From Candidatus Iainarchaeum sp. (GTDB lineage Archaea > Iainarchaeota > Iainarchaeia > Iainarchaeales > JAFCCW01), in assembly GCA_017609985.1 (NCBI GenBank), contig JAFCCW010000021.1, positions 1 to 11,579 on the forward strand: DNA of 11,579 nt. Reading direction: 5' to 3'. Below the pieces are notes generated by a model that had not been told where the DNA came from, made no database searches, and saw only the letters and a list, made by a program, of their open reading frames with translations. Below, piece by piece: positions 6,556-11,579 of this stretch. The position numbers and the translations under genes are program-made. Every line of letters starts with the position of its first letter. The first letter of the stretch is position 1.

Positions 6556-7452
6556 ATGGAACTCAAAAAAATAGATGAGAACATTTCCTACATACCAAAT
6601 CCGTCAAACATAGGAATAATTCAAAATGGAAATAACTGCATACTAATAGATACTGGTTTAGACGCAGATACAGGGAAAAAAATCCTGAAACTCCTTGAAG
6701 AAAACCATCTAAAAGTAAAAGCCATTATCAACACACATGCCCACGCAGACCACTATGGAGGAAACAACACAATCAAAAACAAAACAAAATGCTTAACCTA
6801 TGCGCCAAAAATAGAAGCAAGCACTATAGAAAATCCAATCCTTGAACCCCAAAGCTTCTTTTCGGGGGCCAATCCAATAAAAGAACTAAAAAACAAGTTT
6901 CTAATGGCCGAACCATGCAAAGTAGACCATCAAATTGAAGGTACTGAACTAGAAATAAACGGCCTTTCACTAAAACCAATACAATTACCAGGGCACTCAA
7001 TAAACCAAACAGGCATTGCATTCAACAACAACCTTTTCTGTGCAGACAGCTTCTTCTCAAAAGAAACAATACAAAAACACAAAATCCTCTTCTTTACAAA
7101 CATAGAAGAAACCAAAAAAACACTCAACAAACTAAAAGAAACAAATTACAAATCATACATACCAAGCCACCTGGAACCGATAAGCAACTCAGAAAATCTT
7201 ATTAACGAAAACCTGAAGGCAATAGAAAAAACAGAAACGGACATTTTGGAAACACTGCAAGAAGAAAAAGACATTGAACAAACACTCAAAGACTTAAGCG
7301 ACAAAACAGAAATAAAAATAAAAACAATACAGCAGCACTACTTGCTCAAAACTACAATACTCGCCTACCTTGAATACCTCAACAAAAACAAGCAAGTTGA
7401 AATTAAAACAGAAAACAACAGACTAACCTGGAAAAAGAATACCACCGGCTAA
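6556..7452 (+). CDS. Metallo-beta-lactamase-fold hydrolase
   Basis: ILIDTG, THAHADH (HxHxDH), PGHS, ADS and PSH motifs; ATG 6556 preferred to TTG 6547. Confidence 0.93.
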   Translation: MELKKIDENISYIPNPSNIGIIQNGNNCILIDTGLDADTGKKILKLLEENHLKVKAIINTHAHADHYGGNNTIKNKTKCLTYAPKIEASTIENPILEPQSFFSGANPIKELKNKFLMAEPCKVDHQIEGTELEINGLSLKPIQLPGHSINQTGIAFNNNLFCADSFFSKETIQKHKILFFTNIEETKKTLNKLKETNYKSYIPSHLEPISNSENLINENLKAIEKTETDILETLQEEKDIEQTLKDLSDKTEIKIKTIQQHYLLKTTILAYLEYLNKNKQVEIKTENNRLTWKKNTTG

Positions 7453-7457
7453 AGGCT

Positions 7458-7994
7458 CTATTTCTTCTTTTCATCAACAGAAAAAGAAGCAACCTTGCCA
7501 CCACTCAACCTCAAAACATCACTAACCTGAAGACGCACAAGCTTTGACCTCGAACCACCGCCACACCAAACAGTCTTACGCCTAACAATCCCCCTATCAA
7601 TAAAAGTGGGCATCTTTCTCTTATGCCCAATAGGAGGAACACCCCCTGTAGGAAAACCAGAAGCCCTCTCAGCAACCTCAACAGGAGCAGTCTTCACAGA
7701 CTTAAAACCAGTAACCTTCTGCAAAAGATGCCTATTGACCTGAAGATCAGCCCTCAAAACAGCCACAAAAGGCTTATCAAACTCATTAACAAAGACAAGC
7801 GTCTTAGCAAAACTCTTCAAAGGAATGCCAGTAACTCTCGAAGCCTCAACCGCATGCTTAGTAACCTTCTTAGACAAAAACTCACAAGCAACATGATTCC
7901 TAATAAGAAAAGCCTTCAAATTAGACCTGGGCGAAACTCTCTTAACCTTAGGCGTAGGCCTTACTCTAACAGCTTTCTTCTTGTGAACAACCAC
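7458..7994 (-). CDS. YbaK/ProX-family aminoacyl-tRNA deacylase (editing domain)
   Basis: FAKTLVF (conserved Lys), SGFPTGGVPPIG (GxxxP), FID, VWCGGGS. AGGTG RBS favours GTG 7994 over 8003. Confidence 0.9.
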   Translation of the reverse strand: MVVHKKKAVRVRPTPKVKRVSPRSNLKAFLIRNHVACEFLSKKVTKHAVEASRVTGIPLKSFAKTLVFVNEFDKPFVAVLRADLQVNRHLLQKVTGFKSVKTAPVEVAERASGFPTGGVPPIGHKRKMPTFIDRGIVRRKTVWCGGGSRSKLVRLQVSDVLRLSGGKVASFSVDEKKK

Positions 7995-8099
7995 AAAAAA
8001 CACCTATAACAAAATAGTGATTTTCAACTTATTAATCCTTTTGAAAAAACCAAAAAACATTATTAGAGGAAAAAACAAGTAAAATAAGGAGAAACATAA

Positions 8100-8566
8100 A
8101 TGAGCCTAACAAGAAAAGCAATAGTAGTAGCCGGAATAATAGTAAACCAAAAGTGTGAAGTTCTGATAGTCCAAAGAAACCCAAACGAAAAAAACTACGC
8201 AAACAAATGGGAGCTCCCAAGCGGAAAAGTGGACCCAGGCGAAACAATAAAACAGGCATTCGAAAGAGAAGTACTTGAAGAAACAGGGCTAAAAGTAAAA
8301 CTCTCCTCAATAAGATGGCCAACAAGTCAATTCAAATACACAATTCAAGGCAGAACAGAAACAAGGATAACAACACAAAAAACTACCTAATAGAACTAGC
8401 AAACCCAAAACAAGTAAAACTCAGCCCAGAACACGTAAAGTTCGCATGGGTAAAACCAAGCAACCTACAAAAATACGACTTAATAGAAGGCTTGCCAAAG
8501 GTCATAGCAACAGGATACAAAAGACTAGCAAAAAGAAAAAAGATTAGAGCAGTAGAAAAAAAATAG
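8100..8566 (+). pseudogene. Nudix hydrolase split by a 1-nt frameshift
   Basis: The Nudix box GKVDPGETIKQAFEREVLEETGL is in 8100-8390, and the C-terminal VKLSPEHVKFAWV motif is in the -1 frame (to 8566). One extra base near the A6 run at 8377-8382 restores a ~155-aa protein. Confidence 0.82.
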
Positions 8567-8617
8567 TCCGACCAATCAAAAGAGCCCCAAGAAGAAAAAT
8601 CTAATTTAACAGATAAA

Positions 8618-8719
8618 TTAATTAACAACCTTGCACTATACTGTTTCTGCATAATAAATTCAGCCGGCCAATGCATGGGCGGCGTTTGATTTTGAAGATG
8701 AAGCCTACCGGGGGCGCTT
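8618..8719 (+). repeat. 102-bp direct repeat ending in att-like core copy 2
   Basis: Gapless alignment to 10786-10887 with 11 mismatches by manual count. Confidence 0.93.
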
Positions 8720-8736
8720 GTTACCTATATGGTAAC
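8720..8736. promoter_or_regulatory. Palindrome upstream of the antitoxin gene (candidate operator or recombinase site)
   Basis: GTTACC-TATAT-GGTAAC directly abuts core 2 and ends 32 nt before ATG 8769. Confidence 0.4.
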
Positions 8737-8768
8737 CTTTTTATTCTTTTCTTGCCCTATATATTAGT

Positions 8769-9413
8769 ATGACTAAGTCATTGACAGGGCAGGAATTCTC
8801 CTTGTATAGCTTATTGTTCTTGAAGTTTGGAAGCAAGCAGTTTGGTTTGGATAGTGTGCGCTGGTACTTTAGCAAACAGACTTTGAAGAAGTTAATTTTT
8901 AATTTGGTTAAATCAGGCTGGTTAAAAAGAGCTGGCAGAGGAGTTTATGCCTGCATTGCCCCAAGAGAAGCGGTAAGCGCCTTGTTTGAACCAAAGGTTG
9001 AGAAAACATTGCAGGAATCCAAGTTGAGTTACTGCTTTACAAAAGCCAGTGCTGCTGAAGTCTGGAGCAACGAAACTTACATTCAGAGAAGCTGGGAGTA
9101 CAGCCCGTTTTTCGTAAAGGTTTTGAGGAAGGAATTGGGTAAGTGGAAGCAGTTTTTGGATTCAAGAGAAGTAAAGTTTTTTGTTAAAAAGCCATCAAAC
9201 ACCATTGGAGAATTTGTCGTATTGGTTCCAGTTGCTTCAATGAAAATAGATTTTCATGACAGGAAGCCTGTTGAGGCATTGCAGGAAACGATTGCGTTTT
9301 GTGAGGCAAACAAGGACAGCTTTGAATACGTCTTGGCCTACTTGTCCAACAAATACAAGAAGAAAACCTCTGCGTCAAAAGAAATGTTGATTAAGGCGAG
9401 GGAAGCATTATGA
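8769..9413 (+). CDS. AbiEi-like type IV TA antitoxin (N-terminal wHTH)
   Basis: LKKLIFNLVKSGWLKRAGRGVY matches the AbiEi-type wHTH (L.K.G.L.R..RG.Y); ATGA overlap with a downstream nucleotidyltransferase. Confidence 0.7.
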   Translation: MTKSLTGQEFSLYSLLFLKFGSKQFGLDSVRWYFSKQTLKKLIFNLVKSGWLKRAGRGVYACIAPREAVSALFEPKVEKTLQESKLSYCFTKASAAEVWSNETYIQRSWEYSPFFVKVLRKELGKWKQFLDSREVKFFVKKPSNTIGEFVVLVPVASMKIDFHDRKPVEALQETIAFCEANKDSFEYVLAYLSNKYKKKTSASKEMLIKAREAL

Positions 9414-10093
9414 TTTTTGAGGAAAGAGAAAAATTCATTTTTTCACTGCTTGAGGGACTAAAAGGCAGAGTTGACTTCGTTGTAATCGGAGGCTATGCAA
9501 TTAACGCTTACACCCTGCCTCGTTTTTCAGTAGACTGTGACCTTGTAGTCAAAGACAAGAAAGCAATGCTTGCAGTCAAAAAAATCCTTGAAACCAATGG
9601 CTTTGCCAAAAAAGCAACAGGTACTTTGCCAGGCTACAAGGGAGAATTCCTCTGCCTTGCAACAAAAAAGCCCGTTATTACAACTTTTGATATTCTGGCT
9701 AGCAACGTTGAAGACAGAATTACTGGAACAATGTTTCCAGCAGAACTCATCTTCAAGAATTCCACAAAAAGAACAATCTTTGGCAAAGGCAGCCCTACAA
9801 AAATTGAAACAAGGGTAGCAGATGCCGAAATGCTTTTCGTGATGAAAGCAGTCAGCTGCAGGAAGCCAGATATCAGGGACGTGTTTATGCTGGCTTCAAC
9901 AAAGCTTGACAAGGAAAAGATTTTGCAAATAACAAAGGAGGTTCCAATTCCGGCAGAAAGCATTGAAAAGATTACCTCAAAAGTTAACTCAAAAGGATTC
10001 AAGGACGCACTACAAGGGGTCTTTGGAATGCTTCCAGAAAAGCAATTTGAAACAAGCAAAAAGAAACTGCTCGCTTTGCTGAAGGGTGTTTAA
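9410..10093 (+). CDS. AbiEii-like Pol-beta superfamily nucleotidyltransferase (type IV TA toxin)
   Basis: FVVIGGYAINAY..PRFSVDCDLVV (GG.A...R.S.DxD) and MKAVSCRKPDIRD (K....R..D..D). Confidence 0.82.
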   Translation: MIFEEREKFIFSLLEGLKGRVDFVVIGGYAINAYTLPRFSVDCDLVVKDKKAMLAVKKILETNGFAKKATGTLPGYKGEFLCLATKKPVITTFDILASNVEDRITGTMFPAELIFKNSTKRTIFGKGSPTKIETRVADAEMLFVMKAVSCRKPDIRDVFMLASTKLDKEKILQITKEVPIPAESIEKITSKVNSKGFKDALQGVFGMLPEKQFETSKKKLLALLKGV

Positions 10094-10139
10094 ACAACGC
10101 CAAAACAATATTAAACAGGATATAACAACAATTGCTTAG

Positions 10140-10754
10140 ATGACCGAAACAAAAGAGGAAATAGGCAACTGCAAAAAGTGTGATAAGATAATTGGCGGAC
10201 ACAATATTTACCTCCATGAGGGTTTTTGTGACAAGTGTTTTTTTGAAGAGTTTTTCCCAGAACCAGATCATGAAAAAGCAAAAAAGGAAATAGAATTCCA
10301 AAGAAGCCATTTAAAACCAGAGCTTCAAAAGTTTCTTGGAAAAAACGAGTCTTTCTTTGAAGAAAAATATGGCTTGAAAAAATATTTTGAAATCCTTGTT
10401 GAAAACAAAAAGGCAATACAATTCGCGTTTTGGATTATCCAACAGGCAAAAACAGAAAAATTTGTCCTTTTCACACTTTACGATGGCATCATAACAAACG
10501 CATCAGAAATTTACAAAAAAGATATTGGAGAAAACTTTCTGAAGACAAAGATTTTTGAAGAATGTGAAGAGATACATACTTCGCAATCACTTATAGATCT
10601 TCAATCGTTTTACATGTTTTCTGGCGAAGGCATGATTTTCTTATCAACAAACAAACAATTGTCAGAAATCATTGAAAGAACAGCAAAAGAACTGAAACTT
10701 GAATACACAGTGGATGAAACTAAAGACTTTGCCAGGCCTGCAGAAAATCATTGA
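10140..10754 (+). CDS. Hypothetical protein with N-terminal Zn-ribbon (Cx2C-x15-Cx2C)
   Basis: CKKC-DKIIGGHNIYLHEGF-CDKC; 204-aa ORF on the same strand as the TA pair. Confidence 0.75.
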   Translation: MTETKEEIGNCKKCDKIIGGHNIYLHEGFCDKCFFEEFFPEPDHEKAKKEIEFQRSHLKPELQKFLGKNESFFEEKYGLKKYFEILVENKKAIQFAFWIIQQAKTEKFVLFTLYDGIITNASEIYKKDIGENFLKTKIFEECEEIHTSQSLIDLQSFYMFSGEGMIFLSTNKQLSEIIERTAKELKLEYTVDETKDFARPAENH

Positions 10755-10785
10755 AGTGAAAACTAATTCGCTACAAACCAGTGCT

Positions 10786-10887
10786 TTAATTAACAACCTT
10801 GCACTTTATAGTTTCTGTATAAAAAATTCAGCCGGCCAATAAGAGGCAGGCGTTTGATTTTGAAGATGAAGCCTACCGGGGGCGCTT
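10786..10887 (+). repeat. 102-bp direct repeat ending in att-like core copy 3
   Basis: About 89% identical to 8618-8719; shares 20 bp (CCTACCGGGGGCGCTTTCTT) with copy 1; followed by a T-tract. Confidence 0.93.
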
Positions 10888-10897
10888 TCTTTTTTTC

Positions 10898-11386
10898 TTA
10901 GTTTTTGAATCTGGGGCCTGTGACCTTTTTTTTCTTTTTCCAGTCTATTGCAATTGAGACCAGCCACAGGATGTTTATTATGGCAAAGGCTACTGCAACA
11001 AGATCTAGCATTCTCCATTCATTGGTGAATCCAAAAAAGAAGGAAAGAAGGCCTGCGAAAAAAGTTGCTACTGCTTTTGTTTTCTGTTTTTTGTAAATCG
11101 CAAAAGCTGTTATAAAGTCAAATGTTCCCAGCAAAAACAAGACAATTCCATTGATTAAGTTTAGGATCATAAACCCTGCTAAAAACAGAACCATTTTTAT
11201 CAAATCTGGCTCTGGAAGGGGTGGCCCAATACCTGACATGGAAACAAAAGAAAAGGCTACAAACAGGATTACTACAATTAAAAGGGAAAAAAACAACAAG
11301 GTCAAAAGCATGGATTTTGCCAGCAGTTTTTTAACTTTTGAAAGTTCTTTTTCCTCACTTTGCTTTTTTTGTGCCAAGGCATTCAC
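10898..11386 (-). CDS. Hypothetical integral membrane protein (about 4 TM helices)
   Basis: Four long hydrophobic segments with Lys-rich N-terminus, loop and C-terminus. Confidence 0.78.
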   Translation of the reverse strand: MNALAQKKQSEEKELSKVKKLLAKSMLLTLLFFSLLIVVILFVAFSFVSMSGIGPPLPEPDLIKMVLFLAGFMILNLINGIVLFLLGTFDFITAFAIYKKQKTKAVATFFAGLLSFFFGFTNEWRMLDLVAVAFAIINILWLVSIAIDWKKKKKVTGPRFKN

Positions 11387-11465
11387 TTCAAATAACTGTA
11401 GTTGTTAGGACTTTACCTATTTGCAGTTCTAACGTGCTTTCTCCTACTTTATTGTTTCGGCGGGC

Positions 11466-11579
11466 TGGGCTCTGTAGAAATCCTTTATAAACAGTGATAA
11501 ATAGGAGGTTGTGCCTCCTATTTATCGGTGATACGTTTGAATGTTATATATCCTGTTGAACTTAATACTTTCTATCAGA
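11466..11579. repeat. Right terminal inverted repeat (114 bp; palindrome at 11496-11526)
   Basis: Exact reverse complement of 1-114. Confidence 0.97.

Larger units (their letters stand above)
646..8719. mobile_element. Putative integrated element/genomic island between att-like cores 1 and 2, with a defective integrase
   Basis: Direct-repeat cores at both ends; integrase remnant adjacent to the left core; accessory cargo. Confidence 0.5.
8720..10887. mobile_element. Putative non-autonomous 2168-bp cassette between direct repeats (AbiE-like TA + Zn-ribbon gene)
   Basis: Flanked by the 102-bp repeats with tRNA-like cores; encodes no recombinase. Confidence 0.55.

Noticed and set aside
8377-8383. 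Programmed -1 ribosomal frameshift at AAAAAAC
   Set aside because: The heptamer is out of phase with the zero frame (CAA AAA ACT), and no obvious downstream stimulatory structure is present.
8660-8712. Fluoride riboswitch (GATGAAGCCTAC resembles its 3' end)
   Set aside because: The 5' GGCGATGG-type segment complementary to GAAGCC is missing.
10114-10127. AACAGGATATA shared with the TIR (23-33)
   Set aside because: An 11-bp AT-rich match; could be chance or a generic promoter element; no further support.
8618-10887. CRISPR array
   Set aside because: Only 2-3 repeats separated by kilobases of genes; no regular spacers or cas genes.
1050-11408. Overlapping or antisense ORFs in the track (e.g. 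1050-1262, 2501-2932, 3957-4328, 5064-5363, 6141-6467, 7623-8009, 8032-8325, 8383-8676, 9634-10059, 10806-11018, 11151-11408)
   Set aside because: They shadow better-supported genes or repeats and lack motifs. The similarity between 8383-8676 and 10806-11018 (WPAEF) simply reflects the DNA repeat.
1-11579. Autonomous transposon, casposon or linear virus
   Set aside because: No transposase, Cas1, DNA polymerase, capsid or packaging ATPase is recognisable.

Overview
An AT-rich, archaeal-looking accessory region. The TrmB regulator, archaeal-type integrase N-terminus, UPF0200-like kinase and GGTGA/GGAGG ribosome-binding sites point to an archaeon; a DPANN-like host is a guess. The window is bounded by a perfect 114-bp terminal inverted repeat containing a 13-5-13 palindrome. 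Three copies of a tRNA-3'-end-like core (CCTACCGGGGGCGCTT) divide the interior into tandem modules, and the first copy lies beside a truncated tyrosine integrase. Cargo: (i) a degenerate TyrRS-like domain fused to an ArsR-type wHTH, divergent from a MoaA-like radical SAM/NMP-kinase fusion and a CYTH enzyme; (ii) a TrmB regulator, a radical SAM/SPASM maturase and an unannotated 29-aa candidate RiPP precursor, followed by an MBL-fold hydrolase; (iii) a YbaK-type deacylase and a frameshifted Nudix gene; (iv) an AbiE-like type IV toxin-antitoxin pair and a Zn-ribbon protein; (v) an AbrB-like gene, a hypothetical and a membrane protein. All family calls come from motif recognition by eye, not database searches.
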